From assembly GCA_050248355.1 (NCBI GenBank), contig JBFWSN010000005.1:37476-101475 (forward strand): DNA of 64,000 nucleotides. Reading direction: 5' to 3'. Of the stretch, positions 43,015 through 53,319 are shown in pieces. The translations under genes were made by a program, and so were the position numbers. Below the pieces are notes generated by a model. The model was not told the origin of the DNA and searched no databases. It saw only the letters and a list, made by a program, of their open reading frames with translations. Source of the stretch: Dehalococcoidia bacterium. GTDB lineage: Bacteria; Chloroflexota; Dehalococcoidia; UBA2979. Within the stretch, counting starts at the first letter, position 1; the number at the start of each line of letters is the position of its first letter.

Positions 43015-44106
43015 TCAAACGTTGAAGAGGATGTTGAGGACGTCGCCATCCTGCACGACGTACTGCTTGCCCTCGGTGCGGAGGCGGCCGCGCTTCTTCA
43101 GCTCGGCGACCGAGCCCGCCTCAGCAAGCTCGTCCCAGCGCGCAACCTCGGCGCGGATAAAGCCGCGTTCGAGGTCGGAGTGGATCTTGCCGGCGGCCTC
43201 GGGGGCGCTGGCGCCTCGGCGGACGGTCCAGGCGCGACACTCGTCGTCGCCAGCGGTGAGGAACGACTGCAGGCCGAGCAGCGAGTAGGCGGCCTGGATC
43301 GCACGGTCGAGGGGCGACACCTCGGGGAGGCCGAGGTCGCGTCGAAACTCCTCGGCTTCGGCGGGCTCGAGCCCGGCCAGCTCGGCTTCCACCTTCGCGC
43401 ACAGTGCGGCTACGGCGACGCCGGGGCCGCCGTAGCGGGCGGCGTATTCGGCCTCGACCGTCTCGATGCGGTCGAGGTCGGCCTCGCCGACGTTGACGAC
43501 GAGCAGTACCGGGAGCGCGGTGACGAACTGGTAGGCGGCGAGCTGGCGGCGCTCGTCCTCGGTCAGGTCGAGTGAGCGGATGCCACGGCCCGCCTCGAGC
43601 TCCGTCTGGAGGCGCTGGAGGAGCGCCCGGTCGACCTCGAGCCGGCCGCGGTCGGCGGCTTTCATCGAGCGCATTTCGGCATCGATGCGGCCGAGGCGGC
43701 GCTCGATCAGGCCGAGGTCGGCGAAGGCCAGCTCGAGGTCGAGCGACTCGATATCGCGGGCTGCATCGACGCTGCCTTCGGGGTGGGGCACCGCCTCGTC
43801 CTCGAAGGCGCGGGCGACGTGGACGAGGGCGTCGAGACCGGCGATCTCGGCGAGGAAACGGTTGCCGGGGCCCTCGGCGCCGAAGCCGGCGACGGGGTAG
43901 TCCACCCAGCGGATCTCGGCGTAGGTCGTCTTCTTTGGGTGGAAGACGGCGGCGAGGGCGTCGACACGGGAGTCGGGGACCCGAGCGATGCCGACGTTCG
44001 GCTCCTGCTGTGACGAATAGGCGCCGACCTGGGCGCTGCCTCGTGTGACGGCGTTGAAGAATGAGGTCTTGCCCGAGCGCGCGAGGCCGATGATGCCGAT
44101 GTCCAT
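43015..44106 (-). CDS. ychF: redox-regulated ATPase YchF (Obg-like ATPase)
   Basis: Start at the internal MDIGIIGLARSGKTSFFNAVT. G1-G4 motifs, and a C-terminal TGS domain ending GDVLNILFNV. Confidence 0.95.
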   Translation of the reverse strand: MDIGIIGLARSGKTSFFNAVTRGSAQVGAYSSQQEPNVGIARVPDSRVDALAAVFHPKKTTYAEIRWVDYPVAGFGAEGPGNRFLAEIAGLDALVHVARAFEDEAVPHPEGSVDAARDIESLDLELAFADLGLIERRLGRIDAEMRSMKAADRGRLEVDRALLQRLQTELEAGRGIRSLDLTEDERRQLAAYQFVTALPVLLVVNVGEADLDRIETVEAEYAARYGGPGVAVAALCAKVEAELAGLEPAEAEEFRRDLGLPEVSPLDRAIQAAYSLLGLQSFLTAGDDECRAWTVRRGASAPEAAGKIHSDLERGFIRAEVARWDELAEAGSVAELKKRGRLRTEGKQYVVQDGDVLNILFNV

Positions 44107-44184
44107 GGCGTCAGTGTCGGAGGCCGCCGGTGCGGGGGCAAGGCGGCGCAACGAGTATCCTCGGTGCGGTCCGAGGAGCAGCGC

Positions 44185-44586
44185 ATGGACAAGAAGCCGA
44201 CCACGCTCGACGAATACCTCGCAACCGTGCCGGAGGAGTTCCGGGCGGCGCTCGAGGAGCTGCGACAGCAGATCCGCGGCGTCGTGCCGGACGCGACCGA
44301 GGGCGTGGCGTACGGCCTCGCGGCGTTCAAGTACCGGGGGAAGCCACTGGCGTACATCGGAGCGGCGAAGCGGCATTGCGGGCTGTACGGCATGGACGCG
44401 ACCGGCTTCGAGGAGCCATTGGCGGGGTACGAGGTGTCCAAGGGGACGATCCGCTTCGTGCCACCGCAGACGCTACCGCCCGCGGTGGTCGAGGGGATGA
44501 TCCGGCGGCGGGCGGCCGAGATCGACGCGGACGCGCCGACGCGAAAGACGAAGAAGGGCGCTCGGGACGAACCCAGTCCGCCGTAG
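44185..44586 (+). CDS. DUF1801 (YdhG-like) domain protein
   Basis: Start at the internal MDKKPTTLDEYLATVPEEFRAALEELRQ...GVAYGLAAFKYRGKPLAYIGAAKRHCGLY. Confidence 0.6.
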   Translation: MDKKPTTLDEYLATVPEEFRAALEELRQQIRGVVPDATEGVAYGLAAFKYRGKPLAYIGAAKRHCGLYGMDATGFEEPLAGYEVSKGTIRFVPPQTLPPAVVEGMIRRRAAEIDADAPTRKTKKGARDEPSPP

Positions 44587-44616
44587 CGACGGCTATGCTC
44601 CTCGCGGGACACTCCC

Positions 44617-45639
44617 ATGCGCCTCAGGAGGAGCCTCATGCCCGGCCGAAGAACCAATCCCCCGCCTCGAATCGCGACGAACGAGATCCGGAACAAGCGC
44701 CACCGAGTGCCCCGGGTGGAGCAGCAGGCCCAGCGCGAGATGCGCAACCGTCGTCTGACGCTCCTCGATGCGACGCAGGAGCGCATCGCGGTGACGCGCA
44801 CAGGCTCCGATGCTCAGCGGCGGCTGCGCGAGGAGCTTGTCCGTCGATTCTCCGGGGAGCCCTCGGACCTCGAGCGGTACGTGGGCGACGCCATCGCGGA
44901 ATACGCGTCCGGCTTCGACCGCGCAATCCTGTATGAATGGCCCGACGGCATCTTCGATAGGTACTGGCCGGACGTCGTGCTGGAGCCGCCGCCCCCGCCC
45001 GACGGAGAGTTCTGGTGGGCGAGCACCGACTGGCACACGCAGCGAGGGATCACCGCGGACTTCCTCACGGACGGGCTGCACTTCTGGGGGTTCGCGGCGT
45101 ACCGAGACGACCCGCTGATCAGCTTCAGCGCGGGGGCGGTCTCGCACTTCGAGCTCCACGCGAACCGCCGGCCGCACTCGAACGTGGGGCGTTGGGCGTC
45201 GCTGCCAGCGATCGATCTCATCGGCCGCATCGAAGGGATGACCGGCTTCTACCACTGGCTGTACGCCGCCGACGACAAGTGGGCGAAATGCTGGTTGGTG
45301 TTGCGGCAGACGGCGTATCAACTCGTGCCGCATGACTTCGGGGTGCCGGGGATGCACGCAGTGCCTCAGGCCGTCGTCGTCGCGGAACGGGTGGACCGGC
45401 GGACGTTGATCGACGAGGAGAACAACAGCCGCTTCGTCGACGCGTTCCTGCCGGGGTTCACGCCCATGCCCGCTGTGGAGTTCGGCCTCGTCAACCCGAA
45501 CCTCTCGGTATGGGTCGACCTCGAGGTGCGCTTCGACATGCAGCTCGAGGGGTGGTCGCAGCTGGTCTTCAGCCCCGAGCAGAACCCGATGGGGTCTGTG
45601 GTGCTGCGGACGCCGCAGTGGCGGATCCAGGCACTCTAG
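44617..45639 (+). CDS. hypothetical protein (340 aa)
   Basis: Long ORF with balanced, Trp/Phe-rich composition. No recognisable motif. The start may be the second Met (44638). Confidence 0.45.
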   Translation: MRLRRSLMPGRRTNPPPRIATNEIRNKRHRVPRVEQQAQREMRNRRLTLLDATQERIAVTRTGSDAQRRLREELVRRFSGEPSDLERYVGDAIAEYASGFDRAILYEWPDGIFDRYWPDVVLEPPPPPDGEFWWASTDWHTQRGITADFLTDGLHFWGFAAYRDDPLISFSAGAVSHFELHANRRPHSNVGRWASLPAIDLIGRIEGMTGFYHWLYAADDKWAKCWLVLRQTAYQLVPHDFGVPGMHAVPQAVVVAERVDRRTLIDEENNSRFVDAFLPGFTPMPAVEFGLVNPNLSVWVDLEVRFDMQLEGWSQLVFSPEQNPMGSVVLRTPQWRIQAL

Positions 45640-45758
45640 CGGCGCGGCGGCAATCCGGACGCAAGACGTATGACTCGCAGTGGGCACGGCGGGCGAGCCG
45701 ACACCACATGTCGTGTGCTGCACGAGGATCGCGCGTAAGAGCGACCTGGGAGGCGCGG

Positions 45759-46208
45759 TCACCCTGCCCACTTCGGCAGCTTCGCCTTCGGCACCGCGTC
45801 GTAGTAGGCGATGTAGGGCTTCACATCAAGGACGGGGGTGCCATCCACAAGGTCGAGGCCTTCGAGGAGGAGCGCGTCGCCCTCGATGCCTCGCAGCCGG
45901 CAGACGGTGAAGGAGACGGGGTTGGGGCGGGCGCCGCCACGGAGGGCAAGCGCGCCCTGGAGCGGGAGGCGTTCGTCGCCGGCCGGGTAGGCCTGAAGGC
46001 GGGCACGCAGCTCATCGGGGATCCGGTCGAGCCAGCCTAGGACGATGACGTGCGAATAGTCGCGCAGGCCGAGGAGAGCGGCCCCGAGGCCCTCGCGGAG
46101 GCGGACCTCGCTGCGGACGTGCGACCAGTCCTGGCGAGCAACATCGTGCTCGCTGTTCGCGACATGGCCGATGGGCGTCAAGCGGATGTCGTAGGTCATG
46201 GACGGCAT
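45759..46208 (-). CDS. TsaA/YaeB (TrmO-like) family methyltransferase
   Basis: ...LTPIGHVANS...RLREGLG.L..L.DYSHVIVLGWLD...LLEGLDLVDGTPVLDVKPYIAYYD matches the UPF0066/TrmO fold. The start is among MPSMTYD. Confidence 0.8.
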   Translation of the reverse strand: MPSMTYDIRLTPIGHVANSEHDVARQDWSHVRSEVRLREGLGAALLGLRDYSHVIVLGWLDRIPDELRARLQAYPAGDERLPLQGALALRGGARPNPVSFTVCRLRGIEGDALLLEGLDLVDGTPVLDVKPYIAYYDAVPKAKLPKWAG

Positions 46209-46357
46209 TGTAGCCGCGCCGGCTGACCCGCTTCCGGCATCGGCGCCACGCTCTGGCACGCCCCGCGTAGAGACCGAAACGGGCCGATCCAGCGACATGG
46301 CGAGCGCTTTGAGCGCATCGCGACCGCCTTCGCGGCGGGGCTGGGGGCACAGGCGGC

Positions 46358-46368
46358 TGTGCTAGAAT
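46358..46368 (+). promoter_or_regulatory. putative extended -10 promoter (TGcTAGAAT) upstream of gyrB
   Basis: gctgTGcTAGAATagagg lies about 125 nt upstream of the gyrB ATG. No good -35 was found. Confidence 0.3.
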
Positions 46369-46494
46369 AGAGGTCGTGGCAGGGGCGTCGCGGCAGCGAC
46401 CGTTCCGCCATGCTCGCGACTTTCCCCGTCGCGATGAGCATGGGCGCTGGTGCGATGCGGCGACCCGGTATGTGAGACGGTTGAGCGAGGACGC

Positions 46495-48432
46495 ATGACG
46501 ACGACCGCACGCAGGGCGGATGGCACGAACGCGCAGAACGGCGAGTACACCGCGGCCAATATCCAGGTGCTGGAAGGCCTCGAGGCCGTCCGCCGACGTC
46601 CGGGCATGTACATCGGTTCGACGGATCAACGCGGCCTGCACCACCTGATCTACGAGATCGTCGACAACGCCGTCGACGAGGCGATGGCCGGCTTCTGCGA
46701 CCGCGTCGAGGTCATCATTCAGCCCGACGGCAGCGTGAGCATCGAGGACAACGGGCGCGGCATCCCGGTCGACCGGCACGAGAAGACCGGTCTCTCCGCC
46801 CTCGAGACGGTGCTGACCGTCCTGCACGCCGGCGGGAAGTTCGGCGGCGGCGGGTACAAGGTATCCGGCGGTCTGCACGGCGTCGGCGCCTCCGTGGTGA
46901 ACGCGCTCTCCGAGGACCTCACGGCCGAAGTCGCGAAGGACGGCGCCCTCTATCGCCAGTCGTACCGTCGAGGGGCGCCTACGGGTGACATCGAGAAGGT
47001 GCGCGGCCAGAAGCCGGAGCACAACGGCACGAAGATCTCCTTCAAGCCGGACTCCGAAATCTTCGAGACGCTTGACTACGACTTCGCAACGCTCGCGGCG
47101 CGCTTTCGCGAAATGGCGTACCTGACCAAGGGCTTGTGGATCCAGTTCATCGACCTGCGCGGCGATGGGCAGGAGCAGAACTTCTACTTCGACTCGGGCA
47201 TCGAGGCGTATGTCCGGCACGTGAACCGAGGCCGCAACGCGCTGCACGCGGACCCGATCGTGATCCAGGGCGAGCGCGACAACATCTCGATCGAGGTCGC
47301 GCTGCAGTACAACGCCTCATTCAGCGAGTCGGTGCACTCCTTCGCGAACTGCATCAACACCATCGACGGCGGGAGCCACATGACGGGCTTCCGCTCCGCG
47401 CTCACGCGCGCGCTGAACGACTACGCGCGGCGCGCGAAGCTCCTCAAGGACGACGACGCGAACCTCTCCGGCGACGATGTGCGCGAAGGGCTGTCCGCGG
47501 TCATCAGCGTGAAGCTCCCGGAGCCGCAGTTCGAGGGCCAGACGAAGACCCGCCTCGGCAGCCCCGAGGTGAAGGGGCTCGTCGACTCCCTGGTGGCCTC
47601 GAGCTTGAACACCTACCTGGATGAGAACCCGAGCGTGGGACGTCGCATCATCGAGAAGGCGCTCACAGCCTCGCGAGCCCGCGAGGCTGCCCGCAAGGCG
47701 CGCGACCTGGTGCAGCGCAAAGGCGTCCTCGAGGGCTCTATGCTGCCGGGCAAGCTGGCGGACTGCTCCGAGTCGAACCCGGAGTACTCGGAGATCTATC
47801 TCGTTGAGGGTGAATCGGCGGGCGGCTCGGCGAAGAGCGCCCGCGACCGGCGGACGCAGGCGATCCTGCCGTTGCGAGGCAAGATCCTGAACGTGGAGAA
47901 GGCGCGCCTCGACAAGATGCTCGCGCACGAAGAGATCCGCATCCTGATCACGGCCCTCGGCACGGGCTTCGGCGACGACTTCGACATCGCGAAGCTGCGC
48001 TATGGCAAGGTCATCATCATGACCGACGCCGATGTCGACGGAGCGCACATCCGGACGTTGCTGCTGACCTTCTTCTACCGCTTCATGCCTGAACTGATCG
48101 AACATGGTCACCTCTACATCGCGCAGCCGCCGCTCTACAGCGCGCAGCAGGGCCGCAATGTGACCTGGCTGTTCAGCGACGTCGAGCGGGAAGCCTACTT
48201 CTCGGTGGAGCGCAAGAACGTGAACGTCCAGCGTTACAAGGGCCTCGGGGAGATGAACCCGGACCAGCTGTGGACGACGACGATGGACCCGACGACCCGT
48301 TCCCTGCTCCAGGTCGAGATCAACGACGCTGAGCGGGCGGATGAGCTGTTCACGAAGCTGATGGGCGACGAGGTGCCACCTCGGAAGTCGTTCATCATGA
48401 CGCACGCGCTCTCCGCGACGCTGGACGTCTAG
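46495..48432 (+). CDS. gyrB: DNA gyrase subunit B
   Basis: GHKL ATPase (EIVDNAVDEAMAG...DNGRGIP), a transducer domain, a Toprim domain (EGESAGGSAK...DADVDGAHI) and a C-terminal tail. 645 aa from the ATG at 46495 with a GAGGA SD. Confidence 0.95.
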   Translation: MTTTARRADGTNAQNGEYTAANIQVLEGLEAVRRRPGMYIGSTDQRGLHHLIYEIVDNAVDEAMAGFCDRVEVIIQPDGSVSIEDNGRGIPVDRHEKTGLSALETVLTVLHAGGKFGGGGYKVSGGLHGVGASVVNALSEDLTAEVAKDGALYRQSYRRGAPTGDIEKVRGQKPEHNGTKISFKPDSEIFETLDYDFATLAARFREMAYLTKGLWIQFIDLRGDGQEQNFYFDSGIEAYVRHVNRGRNALHADPIVIQGERDNISIEVALQYNASFSESVHSFANCINTIDGGSHMTGFRSALTRALNDYARRAKLLKDDDANLSGDDVREGLSAVISVKLPEPQFEGQTKTRLGSPEVKGLVDSLVASSLNTYLDENPSVGRRIIEKALTASRAREAARKARDLVQRKGVLEGSMLPGKLADCSESNPEYSEIYLVEGESAGGSAKSARDRRTQAILPLRGKILNVEKARLDKMLAHEEIRILITALGTGFGDDFDIAKLRYGKVIIMTDADVDGAHIRTLLLTFFYRFMPELIEHGHLYIAQPPLYSAQQGRNVTWLFSDVEREAYFSVERKNVNVQRYKGLGEMNPDQLWTTTMDPTTRSLLQVEINDAERADELFTKLMGDEVPPRKSFIMTHALSATLDV

Positions 48433-48440
48433 CGCCCTCG

Positions 48441-48914
48441 ATGCCGCCCGGCGCGCGCTCCGCGATCGAGCCGGCCGGGGGGCGCGGCCTCTTCGTCGAG
48501 TTCGACACGGATGAACCGTGTCCATTCGGCTTCCTCGGCGACCCGACTGTCGTGCTGTTCTTCATCTCCTGGGCGTTCAGCATGCGCTTCGGCGGGATGC
48601 ACGAGCTTGCACAGGCGGCGCTGCACATGCAGCGCAAGCATCGAGTGGACCTGAAGCCGCTGCTGACCTACGCCGACCGCGACGCCGAGTCCGACGACGA
48701 TCGCCGCGAACTGGATCGCGCCTGGCAAGAGGCGGCGCCCCTCGCGGCGTCCGCACGTGCTGTCGCGACGGCCCTCGAATCGGGTGACGCGGAGCTGCGG
48801 CAGCTGACGGCCGGCTACGAGGAACTGGCGCCGCGGCTGCGCGAGCTGGCGGCTATATGCGACTGGGCCGCCTCGCGGGGCGCGGGAGTACGGCTGTCGT
48901 TCTGGCTGGAGTGA
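48441..48914 (+). CDS. hypothetical protein (157 aa)
   Basis: ORF directly after gyrB. Acidic, helical composition, no motif recognised. Confidence 0.45.
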   Translation: MPPGARSAIEPAGGRGLFVEFDTDEPCPFGFLGDPTVVLFFISWAFSMRFGGMHELAQAALHMQRKHRVDLKPLLTYADRDAESDDDRRELDRAWQEAAPLAASARAVATALESGDAELRQLTAGYEELAPRLRELAAICDWAASRGAGVRLSFWLE

Positions 48915-48996
48915 GCTGAAGCTCGATGTACCGCGGGGGCTGCCATGGCCCTGACCCGTCTTTGTCTGCACTGACGCCTCGTGCCACGATGGCTGC

Positions 48997-49695
48997 ATGA
49001 GTGAGGCGCGGCGCGGGAGCGAGTACGAGCGGTGGCTCGCGGGGCGCGATCCCCACTCCGCGGTGATCCGCTGGGTGATGAGCGCACCCGGGCAATGGGC
49101 CGTCAACAGCCCGCTGATGAAGCTGCCTGAGAACCTCGCGCTGAGGCGGGAGCAGCGCTGGCTCGATGTCGGATGCGGACGCGGGGCGCTGCTCCGCCTG
49201 GTAGACCAGCGGGTTGGGTTCGCGACGCCGCCCACGGGCGTCGACTTCTCGATGCAGGCGCTCCGCCTCGCGAGGCGTGATGCCCAGAAGCACGGTCACG
49301 AGGTGCGGCTCACAGGCGGGACGGCGACAGCGCTGCCATTTCGAGACCGGTCGTTCGACCTCATCACCAGCGGCTACCTGATGAAGCACCTAACGGAGGA
49401 CGAGCTCGACACGTTCCTCTCCGAGGTGCGCCGCGTGCTGACGGGAGGCGGGCTGGCGTTGCTATGGGAGTTCGCGCCCAGCGGGAGCGCGCGCCTCGAC
49501 GCGTGGAACCGCCGCGTGCTCGGGCCGCGCGTCCACGACCCGATGCTGCGCAGCACCTCGACGCTGCTCCAGCACGCCGAACGAGCGGGCTTCGAGTTCG
49601 CCCGCGATGCCATCCTGCGGCCATTCCTTTTCCCGCCGATCCCGCGCGCGTCGATCCTTGTCGGCCGGGCGCCCGAAGGCTGGCAGTCAGGCTAG
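48997..49695 (+). CDS. class I SAM-dependent methyltransferase
   Basis: Motif I LDVGCGRG, and a motif post I / II pattern (DLITSGYLMKHL). Confidence 0.8.
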   Translation: MSEARRGSEYERWLAGRDPHSAVIRWVMSAPGQWAVNSPLMKLPENLALRREQRWLDVGCGRGALLRLVDQRVGFATPPTGVDFSMQALRLARRDAQKHGHEVRLTGGTATALPFRDRSFDLITSGYLMKHLTEDELDTFLSEVRRVLTGGGLALLWEFAPSGSARLDAWNRRVLGPRVHDPMLRSTSTLLQHAERAGFEFARDAILRPFLFPPIPRASILVGRAPEGWQSG

Positions 49696-49696
49696 T

Positions 49697-50305
49697 TCAG
49701 CGGTACAGCCCGAGCTCGTCGATCACCGCGCGCACCCCCTCGGGCAGCAGGACCGCCGTCGAACGTCCGGTGGCTACGCGCTCCCGGAGGTCAGTCGAGG
49801 AGACCTCGAGGGGTGGCATCGGGACAATATTCACGCGGTCCACGATGTCGGGAAAGCGAGCGCGCACCCTGGAGGGGATGACGGGTACGCCGGGCAGACG
49901 CCAGACGAGCGCGAGCCGCGCCGCCGCGAGCAGCCGATCTGGCTCATGCCAGTTCGGCATGTCCGCCAGGGCGTCGTCGCCGGCGATGAACCACCAGTCG
50001 ACGTCGTCTCCCGCCTCCCGCAGGAGCTGCTCCATCGTGTCCGCCGAATACGAGGGGCCGCCACGCTCGACCTCGACGGTACAGACCTCCGCCCACAACA
50101 GCGGGTCGAGCGCGGCGCGCAGCATGCGCAGCCGGACGGCAGCGGGAGTGACGTCGCGGTCCGCCTTCCGCCAGGGGTCGCCGGCGGGCACGAAGAGCAC
50201 GCGGTCGAGTGCGAGCTCGTGCCTGGCGGCGGCGCCCACCGCGAGGTGAGCAATGTGCGGCGGGTCGAATGTACCGCCGAGGACGCCGGCCCTCACACGC
50301 CCCAT
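49697..50305 (-). CDS. nadD: nicotinate-nucleotide adenylyltransferase
   Basis: Start at the internal MGRVRAGVLGGTFDPPHIAHL ((H/T)xGH motif). ...SSTDLRERV. Confidence 0.9.
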   Translation of the reverse strand: MGRVRAGVLGGTFDPPHIAHLAVGAAARHELALDRVLFVPAGDPWRKADRDVTPAAVRLRMLRAALDPLLWAEVCTVEVERGGPSYSADTMEQLLREAGDDVDWWFIAGDDALADMPNWHEPDRLLAAARLALVWRLPGVPVIPSRVRARFPDIVDRVNIVPMPPLEVSSTDLRERVATGRSTAVLLPEGVRAVIDELGLYR

Positions 50306-51564
50306 TCCACCTCGACGTCGCCGATGCGGATACGTTCTCCCGGCCGCACCTTCAAGCGATCCAGGGCGCGGCCGACACCCAGCTTGCGTAGACGGTCGAA
50401 CAGCTCCTGGCGGGCCTCGAAGTCCGCCAGATTGAGGGTGCTGGCAAGCCACTCCGGGGTGTTGCCGGTGACGACCGCCGTGCCGTCCTCGGCGCGCGCT
50501 GCCTCGAAGCGCTGACGGCGAGGCTCCGGCTGGAGCACGGGAAGTGGTGGTGCCTCCGCTTCGTGCGCGCGTAGGTCCTGGAGCAGCCGCCAGGCGCGCT
50601 GAGCGAGCTCCTGGGTGCCTTCTCGGGTAGCCGCGGAAATGGGCAGCCAGGCCGCTCCCTCTGCCTCGAGAGCGTCTCCCAGGGCGGCCGCGCGCTCCCG
50701 CGCCTCCGCGTCGTCGATCTTGTTGAGCGCGACCACTTGAGGTTTCGCCGCGAGACCGTGCCCGAAGGCCGACAACTCCGCGTCGATGAGATCGCGGTCG
50801 GCCGCGGGATCCTCACGCGTCATGTCGAGGACGTGCACCAGCACCCGCGTGCGCTCAATGTGGCGCAGAAACTCGTGGCCGAGGCCGACGCCCTGGCTGG
50901 CGCCCTCAATGAGGCCGGGCATGTCGGCGGCCACGAAGGTGTCGTAGCCCACCTCGACCACGCCCAGCTCGGGTTCGAGGGTTGTGAACGGGTAAGGAGC
51001 GACCTTTGGCGTGGCCGCCGACCAGGCGCGCAGGAGCGTGGACTTGCCGGCGTTAGGCAGCCCGACGAGCCCGACATCCGCGAGCAGCTTCAGCTCAAGG
51101 CGGAGCGGGCGCCGGTCCCCCTCGCTGCCCCATTGCGCGAAGCGGGGCGTCTTTCGGGTGGGGGTGGCGAAGCGCTTGTTTCCCCAGCCCCCCCGGCCGC
51201 CGCGAGCGACCACGACGCGCTTACCGTCGACATCGAGGTCGGCGATGGCCTCTGCGCCCTCGGCGTCCTCATCTCCGGTCCAGACGACCGTTCCCACCGG
51301 CAGGCGAAGCTCGAGTGCGCGGGCCGAAGCCCCGCGACGCTGGTTCGGACCGCCGCGACCACCATCGTCAGCCTTGAACGTCTGCCCTTCGCGAATGTGA
51401 CGAAGGGTCGAGTAAGACCGGTCGGCGATGAACACCACGTCGCCGCCCCGGCCTCCGTCGCCACCGTCCGGGCCGCCGCGCGGCACGAACTTCTCGCGAT
51501 GGAAGGACACGGCGCCGTCACCTCCTCGACCGGCCGCGACCTCGATGGATGCCTGGTCGATCAT
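50293..51564 (-). CDS. obg: GTPase Obg/CgtA
   Basis: Gly-rich Obg fold (GGDGGRGGDV), a G domain (GLPNAGKST, DMPGLIEGA, NKID) and a C-terminal OCT-like domain. Confidence 0.95.
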   Translation of the reverse strand: MIDQASIEVAAGRGGDGAVSFHREKFVPRGGPDGGDGGRGGDVVFIADRSYSTLRHIREGQTFKADDGGRGGPNQRRGASARALELRLPVGTVVWTGDEDAEGAEAIADLDVDGKRVVVARGGRGGWGNKRFATPTRKTPRFAQWGSEGDRRPLRLELKLLADVGLVGLPNAGKSTLLRAWSAATPKVAPYPFTTLEPELGVVEVGYDTFVAADMPGLIEGASQGVGLGHEFLRHIERTRVLVHVLDMTREDPAADRDLIDAELSAFGHGLAAKPQVVALNKIDDAEARERAAALGDALEAEGAAWLPISAATREGTQELAQRAWRLLQDLRAHEAEAPPLPVLQPEPRRQRFEAARAEDGTAVVTGNTPEWLASTLNLADFEARQELFDRLRKLGVGRALDRLKVRPGERIRIGDVEVEWGV

Positions 51565-51905
51565 CGGCCGGGCGCTCTTGTGGATGGATGTACAGGTGCC
51601 TTGAGATTCATGGGTCGATCCATCGTAGGAGACAAGTCGTCGTAGTAGGGGTGTTGGTCGTGTGGATGCAGCTACGACGCAGATTCGGTGTCAGATGTGG
51701 AATCCGCTGTCTGCGCCGTCTGTGTATGTGGACAGTTGCACCGGAGTCTTCGCCAGGCGCTCGAGTGCGTTTCTCCATGTTTCCGCGACAGGAGGTTCTC
51801 CTCAAGCCAGCACAGCTACATCCGCTGGATATCGACGCAGATGTCAACAGTAAAGAGGCATACGAGTATGCAATTGATCGCGCCGACGGGATGTGGGTAA
51901 GGGGT
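51565..51905. other. candidate oriC segment: cluster of DnaA-box-like 9-mers plus an AT-rich stretch, downstream of dnaA
   Basis: TGTGGATGG (51579), TGTGGATGC (51661), TGTGGAATC (51707), TGTGGACAG (51729), TGTGGGTAA (51891) against the TGTGGATAA consensus. AT-rich element cagatgtcaacagtaaagaggcatacgagtatgcaattgat at 51836-51880. Confidence 0.45.
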
Positions 51906-53273
51906 TTAAGCGACCTGGCGAGCGCGGTCGATCAGCTCACGCAGGCTGCCGATGTCTCGCTTCGTCTCGGGGTCGACGACGAGGGAGCGCTCCATCTTCC
52001 GCCAGCCGTGGTGAACCGTGGAGTGGTCGCGGCCCCCGAGCGCGGCGCCGATCTCGACGAGTGAGCGCTGGGCCAGCTCGCGCATGAGGTACATCGAGAT
52101 CTGGCGAGGGTAGGCGACGCGCTTTTCGCGGCTCTTTGAGAGCAGCGCGTCGCGGTCAATCCCGAAGTATCGGCAGACGACGTCCATGATGAGCTCGGGA
52201 GACGGCGGGAGACGTGGCTCGTCGGGCTGTAGCGATGCCAGCGCCGACTGTACGAGCTCCGTCGTCAGCGGTTCGCCCGTGAGCCGCGAGTACGCGAGGA
52301 CACGCGTGAGCGAGCCCTCCAGCTCGCGGATGTTGTTCGTGTACCGGGCGGCAATGAGCTGGAAGACCTCATCCGGCACGCGGGCGCGCTGGTCGCGTGC
52401 CTTTGCCTGCAGGATGGCGACTCGCGTCTCCATGTCGGGCGCCTGGATGTCGGCGATCATGCCCCACTCGAACCGCGTGCGCAGGCGCTCCTCGATCTGC
52501 GGGATGAGCGCCGGGCTCTTGTCCGAGGTGATGACGATCTGCTTCGCGTCCTCGTAGAGCTCGTTGAAGGTGTGGAAGAACTCCTGCTGAGTCTGCTCCT
52601 TGCCGGCGATGAACTGGATGTCATCGATCAGCAGCACGTCGGCGGAGCGGTAGCGCGCGCGGAATTCCTCCTGCTTGCGTTGCTGGATGGCGGTGATGAG
52701 CTGGTTGGTGAACTGCTCGGCCGAGAGGTACACGACGCGCAGCCCCTCCTCCATCGTGCGATGGCCGATCGCCTGGAGCAGGTGCGTCTTGCCCAGACCG
52801 GCCGCGCCATAGAGGAACAGCGGGTTGTAGAGCCGTCCCGGCTCGGCGGCCACGCCCTCGGCGGCGGCGAACGCGAGACGGTTGGCTGGACCGACGATGA
52901 AGTGGTCGAACGTGTAGCGCTCACGCAGGCGGGGACGTGGAAAGAGTGGTCCGGGCGCGACATGTTCCGCGAACCCCTGAAGCGCCGGCGTCGGCTCCTC
53001 AGCCCGTGCGCGGAGGGTCTCGAAGCGGATGTCGACAGGCTGCGCCGCAAGCTCGGTGAGGGTCCGGACGATCAGGGGGCGCAGGCGCTTCTGGATCCAC
53101 TCCGTGACGAACTCGGACCGTGTACCGACCACGAGCGCGCCGTTCTCGAAGCGCAGGCCCTCGGTCCCCTCGAGCCACGTGTCAAAGTTCGCCCGTGACA
53201 CATGCTGCGCGAGGTGACGGAGGGCCTGTTGCCAGAGGTCGACGGGGTCGCCAAGGGCCGCGTCACTGCGCAC
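51906..53273 (-). CDS. dnaA: chromosomal replication initiator protein DnaA
   Basis: AAA+ Walker [17 protein letters not shown], sensor motifs, and a C-terminal DnaA box-binding HTH ([17 protein letters not shown]). The track ORF begins with TTG at 53333. GTG at about 53273 is preferred because it is preceded by GGGAG and the conserved DLWQQAL follows. Confidence 0.9.
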   Translation of the reverse strand: MRSDAALGDPVDLWQQALRHLAQHVSRANFDTWLEGTEGLRFENGALVVGTRSEFVTEWIQKRLRPLIVRTLTELAAQPVDIRFETLRARAEEPTPALQGFAEHVAPGPLFPRPRLRERYTFDHFIVGPANRLAFAAAEGVAAEPGRLYNPLFLYGAAGLGKTHLLQAIGHRTMEEGLRVVYLSAEQFTNQLITAIQQRKQEEFRARYRSADVLLIDDIQFIAGKEQTQQEFFHTFNELYEDAKQIVITSDKSPALIPQIEERLRTRFEWGMIADIQAPDMETRVAILQAKARDQRARVPDEVFQLIAARYTNNIRELEGSLTRVLAYSRLTGEPLTTELVQSALASLQPDEPRLPPSPELIMDVVCRYFGIDRDALLSKSREKRVAYPRQISMYLMRELAQRSLVEIGAALGGRDHSTVHHGWRKMERSLVVDPETKRDIGSLRELIDRARQVA

Positions 53274-53319
53274 GAGGGCTCCCACTACCGTGGCGGAGGT
53301 ACGCGCGATGCCGTCCCGC

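Noticed and set aside
46012-48525. Two long minus-strand ORFs (411 and 402 aa) inside gyrB
   Set aside because: Antisense to gyrB. Typical GC-rich antisense frames.
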